A stretch of DNA of 64,000 bases from Mobula hypostoma (lineage: Eukaryota). Position 1 is the first letter of the stretch, and every line of letters begins with the position of its first letter. The position numbers and the translations under genes were made by a program. The stretch spans positions 75,394,001-75,458,000 of the forward strand of contig NC_086097.1 of assembly GCF_963921235.1 (NCBI RefSeq), in the 5' to 3' direction. Positions 52,101-64,000 of this stretch are shown here, piece after piece. The notes beneath the pieces were generated by a model that ran no database searches, was not told the origin of the DNA, and worked only from the letters and a program-made list of their open reading frames with translations.

Positions 52101-53690
52101 ATGGTTCACTGGTTCCTTTTAATATCAGAGAATGTATACAGTGTATACCCTGAGATTCTTACTCTTCACAGGCGTCCACGAAACAGAAAAAAGAAACACC
52201 AAAGAATGAATGACAGAAAAATGTTAGAGCCTCAAAGCCCCCCTCCCCTGCCACGCACAAGCAGCAGCAAAGCATCGACCTCCGCCCACCCCACTTGTTC
52301 CAGTAGCAAGTATCAGCCACCCACCGTGCAAGCAATAGCAAAGCCCCTAACGAGAGCAAGTTCTAGTCCATCAAAACCACTGTTCATCCCAACAGCTTGA
52401 CATCCCACAGGCTCTCTCTCTCTCTCTCTCCCTAATGAGGGAGAGGGAAGTATCACTCCTGCCACGAGGAGAGGGAGGCCAACAGCTCACTGTTTCGATG
52501 CTACAGTCTGCTGTGTCACTTTATTTCGAGCAGTGAACTCTCTCTCACCATTGAGAGAGAGAGAGGAAGAGAACCATCGCTCAAGTGCAGAGGCCTCCGA
52601 CAAACCCACCCACCGTCTCGACGTTCCAATCTCAGGCGATGCTTCAGTCAGTGACACCGTCAAGGAATCAGGTCATCCACAGGGCTGCACAGGGCCACGC
52701 ACCAAAGGCACACGTCCTCCAGGCTGCTCCTGGAGATGTTGAAAACACTAGGCTGCTCAGGAAGCCTCTAGAGCGGAACCCACTGCTGTTTGAGGGCAGC
52801 TGTAGGTCAAAGGCTCCAACAAGACCCCAGCCACACTGAAAAGGTAAGAAGGGATATTAAGTAGTCATAGTCATAGTCATACTTTATTGATCCCAGAGGG
52901 AAATTGGTTTTCAGTTACAGTTGCACCATAAATAATAAATAGTAATAAAACCATAAATAGTTAAATAGTAATATGTAAGTTATGCCAGGAAATAAGTCCA
53001 GGACCAGCCTATTGGCTCAGGGTGTCTGACCCTCCAAGGGAGGAGTTGTAAAGTTTGATGGCCACAGGCAGGAATGACTTCCTATGACGCTCCGTGTTAC
53101 ATCTCAGTGGAATGAGTCTCCGGCTGAATGTACTCCTGTGCCCACCCAGTACATTATGTAGTGAATGGGAGACATTGTCCAAGATGGCATGCAACTTAGA
53201 CAGCAACCTCTTTTCAGACACCACCATGAGAGAGTCCAGTTCCATCCCCACAACATCACTGGCCTTATGAATGAGTTTGTTGATTCTGTTGGTGTCTGCC
53301 ACCCTCAGCCTGCTGCCCCAGCACACAACAGCAAACATGATAGCACTGGCCACCACAGACTCGTAGAACATCCTCAGCATCATCCGTCAGATGTTAAAGG
53401 ACCTCAGTCTCCTCAGGAAATAGAGACGGCTCTGACCCTTCTTGTAGACAGCCTCTGTGTTCTTTGACCAGTCCAGTTTATTGTCAATTCGTATCCCCAG
53501 GTATTTGTAATCCTCCACCATGTCCACACTGACCCCCTGGATGGAAACAGGAGTAACCGGTACCTTAGCTCTCCTCAGGTCTACCAGCAGCTCCTTAGTC
53601 TTTTTCACATTAAGCTGCAGATAATTCAAAGAGAAGAATTTAAACTGTTTCGTAGATGAACTCAATGAAGTCGCCCTCTAGTGCCATCAT
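52101..53690 (-). mobile_element. non-autonomous retroelement (5' end gatggcactagagggcgac), split by a Rex insertion
   Basis: Reverse-strand tail at 52101-52170 with a G/T-rich 3' region like the 14112 family. The sequence resumes at ~53628. Confidence 0.6.
52861..53627 (-). mobile_element. Rex1/Babar LINE 3' fragment
   Basis: LNVKKTKELLVD..YKYLG..KKGQSRLYFLRRL and FYESVVASAIMFAVVCWG. (TATGAC)n tail. Confidence 0.9.
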
Positions 53691-53948
53691 TAGCTCCTCC
53701 CGTTGTCAACAGCTGTAGGAAGATAGGAATCATGATTGTTTCACCTCTTGAAGCAAGCATTGACAAATCATTCCCCAACCACCCCACCACAGATGCTGCT
53801 CAACCCATTGAGTTCCTCCAGCACATACTTGTTGCTCCAGATTCCAGCATCCATTCCTTTGTGTCTGCGTGTCTGCGTGACTGAGCACTGTTGTTTGTTT
53901 GGTCACACTGAAATAAGTACCTCAGGACGTAATGCAGATCAAGTATTA

Positions 53949-54414
53949 AGGCTGATTGATACTTGTGCTTACAGGCTACGTCGTAGGCCTGATTTATACT
54001 TTCATGTAGCCCTACGCCGTAGCGAGCATGCGTAGTTGTGTCTGCGTCGCTCTGCAATTCACTACCAAAACCCTAGTTGGCGGTGGGGTTTCTATGCCAC
54101 TGTGTTGAGTTTCTTCGCGTGAGACATGGACGAGGAAATACATTTCAAATATTTTCGAATGTCGGCAGGTAGATTTGATGATTTGGTTCATCGTCTCCAA
54201 CCATTTATTCACATCAGTGTACAGACAGGGCGGAGAAAAGCAACCTGAAATGCGTATGAAGAAATGCGATGCTACCAAGCAGACCAATCACAGTTGTTGT
54301 GGTCTGCATCACCACGACATGTGAGTTACACTTTTGGGGAGGTGCACGTCACCCTACGGCATAGGGTACGCGATACCTGTGGCGTACATTTGACGCACAA
54401 GTATAAATCAGCCT
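53949..54414 (+). mobile_element. PIF/Harbinger MITE with transposase remnant
   Basis: TIRs aggctgatt(g/t)atacttgtgc and TTA TSD (53946-53948, 54415-54417). Internal [26 protein letters not shown] starts at 54126. Confidence 0.88.
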
Positions 54415-54489
54415 TTAGTACAGAGCCAGCAACAAAATCAAGGTCTCCTGTTGTTCCTGGCCCCACCGGGCATGCATCAGTTCCAAGCA

Positions 54490-54980
54490 GACTCATCTTG
54501 GAGCAGCAACACCTCATATTCCATCTGGGAAGCCTCCAACCAGATGGCATGAACATCAATTTCTCTAATTTCTCCCCTCCCCCCTCTCTTTTTCCATTCC
54601 ACATTCCAGTTCCCTTCTTACCCCTTCTCTTCTCTTCACTGCCCGTCAACTCCCTATGATGCCCCTCCTCCTTCCCTTTCTCTTATGGTCCACTCTTCTC
54701 TCCTATCAGGTTCTTCCTCTGTCAGCCCTTTAGCTTTTCCACTTATCACCTCCCAGCTTCTCACTTCATTCCCCCACCCCCCCCAGCTTCTCCTCACCTG
54801 TTTCAACTATCACTTGCCAGCTCGTGCTCCTTCCGCATGCCCCCCCACTTTCCTATTCTGACTTCCTTCCCCTTCCGTTCCAGTCATGAAGATGGTCTTG
54901 GCCTGAAACGTTCACTGTTTATTCCTCTCCACAGATGCTGCCTGACTTGCTAAGTTCCTCCAGCACTTTTTGTTTATTGT
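54490..54980 (+). mobile_element. Penelope-like 3' fragment and pLTR
   Basis: LEQQHLIFHLGSLQPDGMNINF, then a pyrimidine-rich tract and a hammerhead-like motif at 54881-54917. Confidence 0.85.
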
Positions 54981-55532
54981 TCAGAATGCATCCCGCCCCA
55001 ATGAGGGGATCGAATCCAGAATCCTTTAATACCGTATCCAATTGAATGCCCGTAGGCATTTAATGAAGTTCTATAATCTCCTTGTAAAGATTTGTAGATT
55101 TTAGAATCCTCCATCATTTCTCTGCCACATCTCCATTCTCCCTTGAGGCTGCGAAACCCTCAGGTTTGCAGACAACAAGCATATCCTGGCTGGAACAAGG
55201 CCGTATTCAATCTCTAACTCTACACCTCGAGATATTTTTGTGATTATTCGCACAGGAACCATGAAGAAATCATAAATATTAATATTTCAATGTACAGATA
55301 AAGCTCCACAAAATTGATAAGATACACATGTATAAAATATTTTTGCATTTTTCAGTTTATAAAAAGCTACGCTTCAAGTTTGGCATAGCATGTCTTGCCA
55401 TATTGAGATTCCTTTCTCATTTTGTTTTATATTCACCAGCTTTATAGGAAAGAATGCAGTGGCATATTGAGGTCAATGCTTAGGGGAGGGAGATTGTAGC
55501 AGATACCACCTGACAGAACTGAATTACATGTT

Positions 55533-55720
55533 AACTCACACAAAATGCTGGAGGATCTCAGCAGGTCAGGCAGCATCTATGACAATGAATAAACAGTTGA
55601 CGTTTCGGGAAGACCGTCGACTGTTTATTCATTTTCATAGATGCTGCCTGACCTGCTGAGTTCCTCCAGCATTTTGTATGTGTTGCTCTGGATTTCCAGC
55701 ATCTGCAGAATCTCTTGTGC
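55533..55720. mobile_element. Penelope-derived mini fold-back element
   Basis: ~70-bp near-perfect inverted arms at 55533-55602 and 55615-55684. Confidence 0.85.
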
Positions 55721-58458
55721 TTATGAAGTACACACTTCCTCTAACATACTTGCTTTCCAGATAGATTTGGCTATTATACAGATTCCAGCACATTTTCACT
55801 GATGAAGCAACACCCACCCTGTGGAATCCTAAACTGCACTTACATACAAGAAATGCCTTAGAGCATTTACAGCTGCACAATGCATTGTGTAAGATCTCTT
55901 TCAGGGCTGATTGGTACCAATTCATTTCCTAATGCCTCTGTGAAATGCCTCAGGATGTTTTCCTTCTGTCTAAAAGGCCAGATCTGAATACAAGTTGTTG
56001 CTGTTGATCTTGGATCCATTTAGATCTTAAGAGAATGGCATTTGGGAAATACAGTCATCCAAATTGTGTCCTCATTATTAGAGGGCTAAAACTGGGCTGT
56101 AGAAAGTCAGCTAACAAATACAGAACGAAAATGTAACAAATAAATGTATGATCTGTAGCAAAAGGCAGTTCTATTGTGTTTTGTACAGTTAACCTCAGTC
56201 AATGGCACATCAGGCTTTGAGCTGTACAGTGGCACCAATTAAATGTCGAATACATTCTGACATTGAAGACCTTGTTTTACTTTCAGGCTGTCGGCTAGAT
56301 GTTTGTTGGATCAGGTGGGCCACTCAAATGAATAGACGGTCTTTAGCCAGAGCATATCCTGCATAGCACACCTGGTCTGTATTTGGAAAAGAAAGTCTCT
56401 CTTGTTTTGTTAGGGTGGAAGCCATGAAAAGCTAAAGCAGCTTAATTTATCCCAAAAGAATGTTAAGTTCAATAGGGAGGTTCATCACAGGTGACTCACT
56501 TGAAATTCAAGATTTTAAAGGTGATGTGCCAAGCTACAAAAAAAAGTCCTTATAACTTCTGCATTTTATAAAACATTTCTTCAAGGGTATAGTGTGTGGA
56601 GAAAAAAAAGAGGTTTGCTTTTAAAGAAACAGGAGATGAAATCAGAGTGTTAGATAATGTTCCCAGCAGATAACTACTACATAAGCAATAAAATGCCTTG
56701 AATTGAGAAAATGGTTTTGCAAATATATTTAACAGTGCAATGTGTGTGCTGTTTATAACATCTAAAAACAGTCCACTTGGGGAAAAGGAAAAGATACTCG
56801 ATGAACAAAATTTATCCCAATCTTTGTAGGAATTTAGAGAAACGAGATCTTGTCTGTCATTTGATGCTATCTTGCAACAAGGTAGTCTCTGTGGAACAGT
56901 TTGATCACAGGATTCTCATTCACAAACAGACAGGTTAAACACTTAAATGCTAGCAAATCCTGCACAGCCCTGTGGGAAATTTCAGTTTAATCCCAAACTT
57001 ATAGGAGGACAATCAAAGCCCAAAGCCAGGGTAACAAATCTGATCCTCTGTTACAATCTGTCCTCTCCTGGGACACCAGAGTCACTCCCTATACAAGACC
57101 GCGATGGATAAATACCTAAATGATGAGATACACTGGGACTGCTGGAGAAGCATCTAGCTTTGGCTATTCACTTTCAATTTCACATTACAGCGTGAGAGGC
57201 AATACTTTCCCAGAATATAGCAGACAGTCCTGATTATTATAAGTTGAAGTGTGGCTTAAGGAATGATTAATGATGGTGCCAGAAGAAAACAAAGCTGAAT
57301 GAGAGTTATCTCCAATCCACCTGCTCACAGATGGGAATGAAAATGGCCCCAGCATGCCCTGATATTAAAACACCAAAAGGGAAGGTGTTAATGCTGTAGA
57401 TATGTATGAAAAAGATAACATGTCATGCATCTAAAGTCCTCTTACCGCAAATAAATCATTATCCCATAAATGGGGCTCAGTATGTGATTAGTATTATAAG
57501 CGCAGTGGACTTCACATACTCATTTTTTTTTAAATAATCAGACCCAAGCAAGTCCCTCTTGTATTGATGCTAACATTAATAGACAGGAATTGGGAGGGGG
57601 GGTGGTCTCTGACAAAAGAGATTGTTGAAGAGGCTTTGTGGCAGAGACTGTTCAGCAGCAGGGCAATGATGCCACCTTGTGTTGCTTTAAGGTATTACAT
57701 AGACATGTGGCTGAAAGGAAGGTTTCAATTTCAGGACCCAACCAAGCCCCCTGTTTCGAAGTTCCAAACCGTCACTTATTGTCTAAAAAATCAAAAGTTG
57801 CGAAGCACTGCACACTGTAGCATAACACAATTGGCAGTAAATAGTGTAACCAGCAGGTTTTTGATTCATTGTTCTATTTCTTAAGATTCTTCACAGCAAT
57901 TAATACAGTAATATGAATTTGGATAATAGATAAACAAGGTGGTAATTTAAGTAGTTGTCAGTAATTTCTCTGTATTCTATTGTGAAGCAGAAAGGAATGT
58001 ATAAATAGTAAAATAAAGGGTCAAATCTAATGGGAACAAAGAGGGATGAGAAGCCTAATTATTAACATCCGTCTGAACAGGGCCTGAAGGATGGGATTAT
58101 AAGGATTAATCTGTGTCTGTCTGTCAAAAAAAGTCTCAGTCATGACTAATTGTATTGTCACAAAACTTCTTCTAATAATCAAACTCCATTAGCTAAACCC
58201 TGGAAAATGTGTTACCTCTGGCAATTTTAATGAAAACCACGCAGAAGACCCATTTCCACACGAAGATCTGGAAATATATCATGCAAGCATGTCCATTAAT
58301 TTGAGGCTCAAAAGAAGACTGTAATCTTCAAATGTTTACTTTTAAATTGAAAAATAGAAATTAATTTCCTTTTTGTATATGTATATGTCCATGGAGGTGG
58401 TGATGGTGATTATAGAGTAAAATTCATTGATTGCTCCAGAACATTCATTTTATTAATA

Positions 58459-59286
58459 CAGTAGATTCCGGTTAATCGGGACGTCCGCTTATTTAGGACA
58501 GCTCCTAAAGTACAAAATCAAATTAAGTATATAACCAGGATTCCCTTCATTTATTTGGGACAATATGCCATTTAATTGGGGCAGCTGACTGTTACCGAAC
58601 ATTTTCTATCTGGTGTCAGTGGCATGTGCCTCACGCGGCCTTTAGACACCACATCGTGTTTAGAGTGAACAGTTTTTAAATAGCGTCACTTGGGTGCCTG
58701 TGGTCAAAAAACAGAGATTTTTGTCACCGATAGGTGAGAAGTAATAAGCAGTAAGACAATTCAGAACTGTTTTGCTCTCTGTAGTTTCAAACATTCAGGC
58801 TTGGAGATGTCGGAAACAGCCGGGTCGTGAAAATGAAATGATTTCGCTATTTCTACAATTTAGGAACTATGAAGAATTTGAAAGTATCTACAATCATTTT
58901 GAATGTTACAATTAAAATGAAGATTTGGAGAATGTAATTGCTGAAAGCAGTGCTTAAAGGCACTCCACTATCTGCACTAGGTGTCTGTGCTAACTTTGTT
59001 CATTTACAGTCAATCAAAAGAGCACATCAGCATACACTGAATGAATTCCTCTATCGTTAACTACTAGGAACTAATAAACAGTTTTACTGTATTTTAGTAG
59101 TTTTGGTAGTGTTCTAATTTATTCTATATTTCATTTAAATACATAATTTGTTACTCAGTTAAACCGTAGTTTGTCTTTAATAAAGCGTTTTAAGTATTTC
59201 CATGAAATTTCGGCTAATTGAGGCAGCCACTTAATTGGGCCAAAAGGTACTGGTCCTGATATGCCCCAATTAACAAGAGTGCACTG
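58459..59286 (+). mobile_element. pogo/Tigger-type non-autonomous DNA transposon
   Basis: TIRs cagtagattccggttaatcggg and cccaattaacaagagtgcactg, TA flanks, subterminal ttaattgggg repeats, and an IQNCFA remnant near 58760. Confidence 0.8.
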
Positions 59287-59674
59287 TATATTTTGAGAAG
59301 AGATGCACACCCTTAACATGCACAGACCAGTTTAATGGAACACACCCAACACCTGACCCTTCAGTTAAAGTAGACATTTGACTCATCTGAATTAGGATTA
59401 AATCATTTCTTATTTTTTGTTGAGCAGGATAGCAACATTCCACAACAGACTACATATGTATCCCAGGAACCTGATCTATCAACAAGTTCATCAGCTATTA
59501 CATTTTAAACCTTGGGAAACTAATCAGTAACCACACAGAGATGTAGCACAAGAAACTGCGTTAATATCTTGAGGTGATTATAGTAGTATTAATACTGGTT
59601 ATTGCTGGTTGCACTAACCACTCTTTGTGAAAGTGGCATCAACAGCAAGGTCTTCATCTGTGATGTTTTCAGAA

Positions 59675-59712
59675 TAGTCCTGACGAAGGGTCTCGGCCTG
59701 AAACGTCGACTG
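59675..59712 (+). ncRNA. minimal hammerhead ribozyme motif (Penelope type)
   Basis: agtc-CTGACGA-agggtctcggcct-GAAA-cgtc-gact: intact core boxes, stem I agtc/gact, stem II hairpin, palindromic ACGT stem III and a GUC cleavage triplet. Confidence 0.75.
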
Positions 59713-59810
59713 CGCCTCTTCCTATAGATGCTGCTTGGCCTGCTGCGTTCACCAGCAACTTTGATGTATGTTGCTTGAATTTCCAGCATCTGCAGAATTC
59801 CTGTTGTTTG
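59679..59810 (+). mobile_element. solo Penelope pLTR insertion
   Basis: Flanked by cagaatagt at 59670-59678 and 59811-59819. Homologous to 8918-9050. Confidence 0.85.
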
Positions 59811-62800
59811 CAGAATAGTACTGTTAGGTTTTCCTGTGTACTGCTGCAGTTTCAAGTAGTGCTCCTTACAGACAATCACATTATTTAATAGGTGTTATTT
59901 GCTGCTGCTCACTCTTAAAAGGACCTACCAAAATGTAAGCAGCACTTTCCCAGCTACAGGGAGTGTTGCAACTGATGATAGAAGGATGAAATGTTGCAGG
60001 AGTCAACAGGGTTTAGACAAGCTATTAAGAATAATGCATGCAGAGGGGATGTTTTAGTCTGCAATTGGAACTACACAGACCCTTCCAGGAAGGAATTGGC
60101 CTGAATGAGTGCAGTTCTCTGAATGGGGAAGTCTGCCATGCAAGAAATTGTACATTTGCACTCCTGTGGACTGATGGACAAGTAGATGAAGTCATTCCTT
60201 CCAAAGTAAGTAGCAGGGTCACATCCCGACTGCAGCAGTGAGATAGGGCAGAGATCAGCATCGGCAGTGTAGGATTACCCACGGACAAAGCTGTCCAGCT
60301 ACACATGACAGGCTGTATTTGTAGGTGTGTTCAATGATCTTAATGAGGGCAGAGTACAATTTGAGGGTTGGCCCTTTAAACTAGATGGGATTAGCAAAAC
60401 CTGGACTTTCGGAGAGAAAGTAAGAATTGTCATGACTTGGATGCAGTGGTGTTGAACAAATGCAAACAAATGTACGTTATTTGGGAATGCCTACATCGGA
60501 AAAATGGTGCAAGAGCAAAAATTCCTTCTAAAAGTCCACAGCCGTATTTATCAATCAGGTGCTCAGACATTAAGAAATGTATGAAAGTAGCTTACAGGTA
60601 AAGCCAGTTTTCCCCAGCCCAGTTGGAGTTTACGAGAAAAATTTAGGCTTTCGTACCCAAAATCCAATTTAGTCTACAGCTGTTCTGATACCAATGCTTC
60701 CTTTCACCAGAAGCTTCTGATCTCAGTTTTCGATCATTTCACCAAACATCTCTTTCTCTCTACTTTAATGCCATTTGACAATGAATGCATAGTAGGAAAA
60801 TGAAAATGAAATTGAACCTTGTTGGGATTACTTTCTGTTGGAAAATAATCTACGTTTAGAGCGGTTCGGAATATTCCTTCAGAAGCACAGCCTGATTTCA
60901 GTGTCAAAGGGACATCCCAGATAAGCAGTTACTGTACAACATTAGGAATATTGGAAAAGTATTATGTTATTTTCCCATTATAAAAAATATCAATATCCAA
61001 TTTAATAATAAGAATTAAGTTAGCTTCAACTGCAGAGAAAAACATCCAAATTTGTACCACTCCCTGCATGTTGAATGTTTCTTATGCTCATCCCTATAAG
61101 TTCCAACTCAAATTTTTGGATTCCTGAGCCTAGAGAAATAGTTTCTTTCTTCTGTCAGGAAAACTTTGATTTGACCAGGGCTTTACTATAACCTTAAGCA
61201 CTTAGATATCAGGGCCAGCGTCCCATTAGTTGTTCTGATAATTTTTCGTATTTGTCTCAATGATCTGTATGGGTGGACACCATTTCTCATTGGTCCTGTG
61301 ATATCTCTAGATTTAAAATGTTCCATTCATTTTAGATCCCAAGTGTATGATTATTTTCTAGACTTTGCCATGAAGCGCTTTGTTGATGTGACCATTCCCA
61401 GTGTGTGCACATCATGCACAGAGAGCAACAAGTCTGTGCAGTTAAACAAAGCAAATGAGAGTGAGTAAGAATGTTTTCTAAGGAAAAGGTGGAATAAGGC
61501 CAGGACACATAGTGACAATAGAAAAGCTTGCCCTTGTACAGCACCATTCACATTCCTTTTGGGACATCTCAAAACACCTGAGAACTAAATAAGAGTTTTT
61601 GAAGTATAATCCCTGTTGCATGGACATGAGGGTGGGTGGGTGTATGGAGTGTAAGCAACTCGTTTCTACAGACAGCAATATGATAATGAGCTCATAACCT
61701 GGCTTCGGAAAGCTGAGCGAGGGGCAGGAAGGAAGTAATGCAGCTGCATCCATCTGGGAGAAGACACCTCTTAACCCCTCTCTTGCCCCGGAACAACACG
61801 ACAGATTTTGGAGCTCAGGTTTCTAGAATGGGAATCCGGAGGGAGAACAGGGGAAACCTGTCCCAAGACTTGAGATCATGAACAAAATAGGCATAAGCTA
61901 GCAGATGAAAGAATACTATGTGCCATATACATTGCCCAGAGATATGCATTAAAAATAATGTGACATTTGTAGGAGTGTGGATCATGGCCAACAGCATTGA
62001 TTGTGCTTACCACTGCTTGGGTTTCTTTATGCACCATAATGTGCATTCTCTTGTATGAGCTGGATTGCTGAATTAAGTTTTAACATTATGTGCAAGGAAT
62101 TGTATGACTTCCAATGTAAATGAAGCATCAATGGAAGGCACTTTAATGAAACTCAATATCATAAAATCCTCATCATGTGGAATGAAAAATCAATGTAGAT
62201 TTTCAATGGAGAACAAGCATTAGGGGATTGCTAAACCAAACTTAATTCATTAGACACATGCAAAGACTAATACCTCCCCTCTCAATTGGAAATTTTACAC
62301 CATCCACCCGCAACCCCCAATCTCAATAACCAAACCAGAAGCCTCTGATAACAATTTCCTCTTCTTTTTACTCAGACATTGGCTGTTGAGAATATTACTA
62401 CCATTTATACTTCCATTAGAGTCACTTTTTCTTAATATCCTATCATCCAACACTTTAGTCATGCACATTTAACCTCCTTGTCAGTTAATTAGTCACCCTC
62501 CATACTAGCCAAGACCTTCATTCTTTCCTTGCCTTTCCCTCCAAGGCTCTACAATTACTTAAACACTTGGTACATCTTTGACCTCCTCCATTTCTAAGGA
62601 AAAGTCATCAAATTGAAATATAAGTCTGGTAGCCTGGGATTGGTCAGATGTTAATGTTTGTAAAACCTAAATCCCAGTCACAACCCTTCTTGAACACCCC
62701 CCAAATCCATGTTTAAAATATCTGGGACACACAGTGGACAATTGGTGGTCCTTTAGGCAAGTGGTCAATTTTGCTATTTGTTGGTCTACCTCTAGTTGAC

Positions 62801-63359
62801 CAAGCTTCCCGGACATTAAGAAATCTGGCAGCTGAATGGATATGAAACAACTTCAAGTAAATGATAAGCATCTCTTCTACAATGTAGCTGGGTCAAATAG
62901 AACAGATTTATTTTTCCCCACTGCCTCAAGTTTCCCATTCGCACCACACCTACTATATAGAGACTTGCATAATAAAATGTCTTACTGGATTAAACCCCAT
63001 AGTTTTGTAATTAAGACCCTCCAGTGTCAGATTGCCTGAGATTGGGCTATCCAGTCACTGAAGTCCTTGTTCTCTCCAACACCTTCAGCTTCACCATGAC
63101 TGAAGTTACATCCTTTTCATTTCACCCTCATGCCACAGGGACTGCATCCATTTCCCAAAAAGCCTCCCCAGAACTTCTTGTCTTTTTCTGGAGTGATGGA
63201 AAGGAAAGGCCTCCAATGTCACTGTGAGTGCAATACATTACATTATAAAATTTGCACTTCTCTATAGTCTGGCTGCACCAAATTGGTGACTTGGTTTTTC
63301 ACAGAACTTAATGTCATTGTGGGATATTTAGTTTGCTTGGTAGTTCTAAAAGTGAAGCC

Positions 63360-63520
63360 ACAAACAGAAGATGCAGCATCTGCAGAAACAAACTAACAGA
63401 ATTGAAAGATCCTTTGACCAGAAACATTCATTCTTATTTTCTTTGCATTGATGCCACCTGACGTACTGAGTGTTTCCAATATTTTCTGTTTTTATTTCAG
63501 AGTTCCACTATCCACATTTT
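63360..63520. mobile_element. degraded Penelope-derived fold-back
   Basis: gcagcatctg on the left and gatgccacctgacgtactgagtgtttccaatattttctgtttttatttcagagttcca on the right. Confidence 0.45.
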
Positions 63521-63556
63521 TGCCTGATTTTTCAACTTATATTAATGGGAAGAACA

Positions 63557-63843
63557 GGGCAGCACCATAGCGTAGTGGTTAGCACAATGCTTTACATTGC
63601 AGGTGACCCCGGTTCAATTCCCATCACTGCCCGTAAGGAGTCTGTACATTCTCCCGCTGACCGCATGGGTTTCCTCTGGGTGCTCCGGTTTCCTCCCACA
63701 GTGCAAAGGCTAATTGGTCATTGTAAGTTGCCCCATGATGAGGCTAGGATTAAATCAGGGGATTGCTGAGCAGTGTGGCTCAAAGGGCAGGAAGGGCCTA
63801 TTCGCACCGTATCTCGATAAATAAAAATAAATAAATAAATAAT
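63557..63843 (+). mobile_element. tRNA-derived V-SINE (HE1-like)
   Basis: A box tagcgtagtgg, B box ggttcaattcc, core gggtttcctctgggtgctccggtttcctcccaca, a CR1-like tail and (TAAA)n. Confidence 0.88.
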
Positions 63844-64000
63844 CCTCTAAGCTTGTTTTGGGGAAAAATAATTGATAATTTATGTGATAATTAGTCATTA
63901 TAGCCTGCATATTTCTGTTCAGGGAAAATTAAACTAAGGAGGTGGAGTGCACTATAGAGGTCATCCCCGGTTAAGAATGCCTAACTATGAACAAAATTGA

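Noticed and set aside
63557..63630. tRNA gene
   Set aside because: The A/B boxes belong to a SINE head followed by the V-core and a CR1-like tail, and no complete cloverleaf is evident.

Overview
This is eukaryotic, AT-rich, repeat-dense non-coding DNA. The repeat set (CR1 LINEs, V-SINE/HE1-like and Deu-type SINEs, Rex/Babar LINEs, Penelope-like elements) points to a cartilaginous fish, probably a ray or shark; this is an inference. I can support no host protein-coding gene. Every recognisable ORF is a broken transposon ORF: CR1 esterase/RT, RTE APE+RT, Gypsy RT/RNaseH/integrase, Rex RT, Penelope GIY-YIG, and Harbinger and Tigger remnants. The most notable signal is a dispersed family of short Penelope-derived pLTR elements carrying a minimal hammerhead-ribozyme motif (CTGANGA...GAAACGTC). 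One copy has an intact core and a target-site duplication (59679-59810), and several copies form inverted fold-back dimers. Other notable items are a near full-length RTE with a self-complementary 5' leader nested in an ~800-bp non-autonomous element, several multi-level nested insertions, a solo LTR, three DNA-transposon MITEs, three tandem arrays and a ~6.7 kb transposon-poor block. All family names come from motif recognition, not database searches, and boundaries of degraded elements are approximate.
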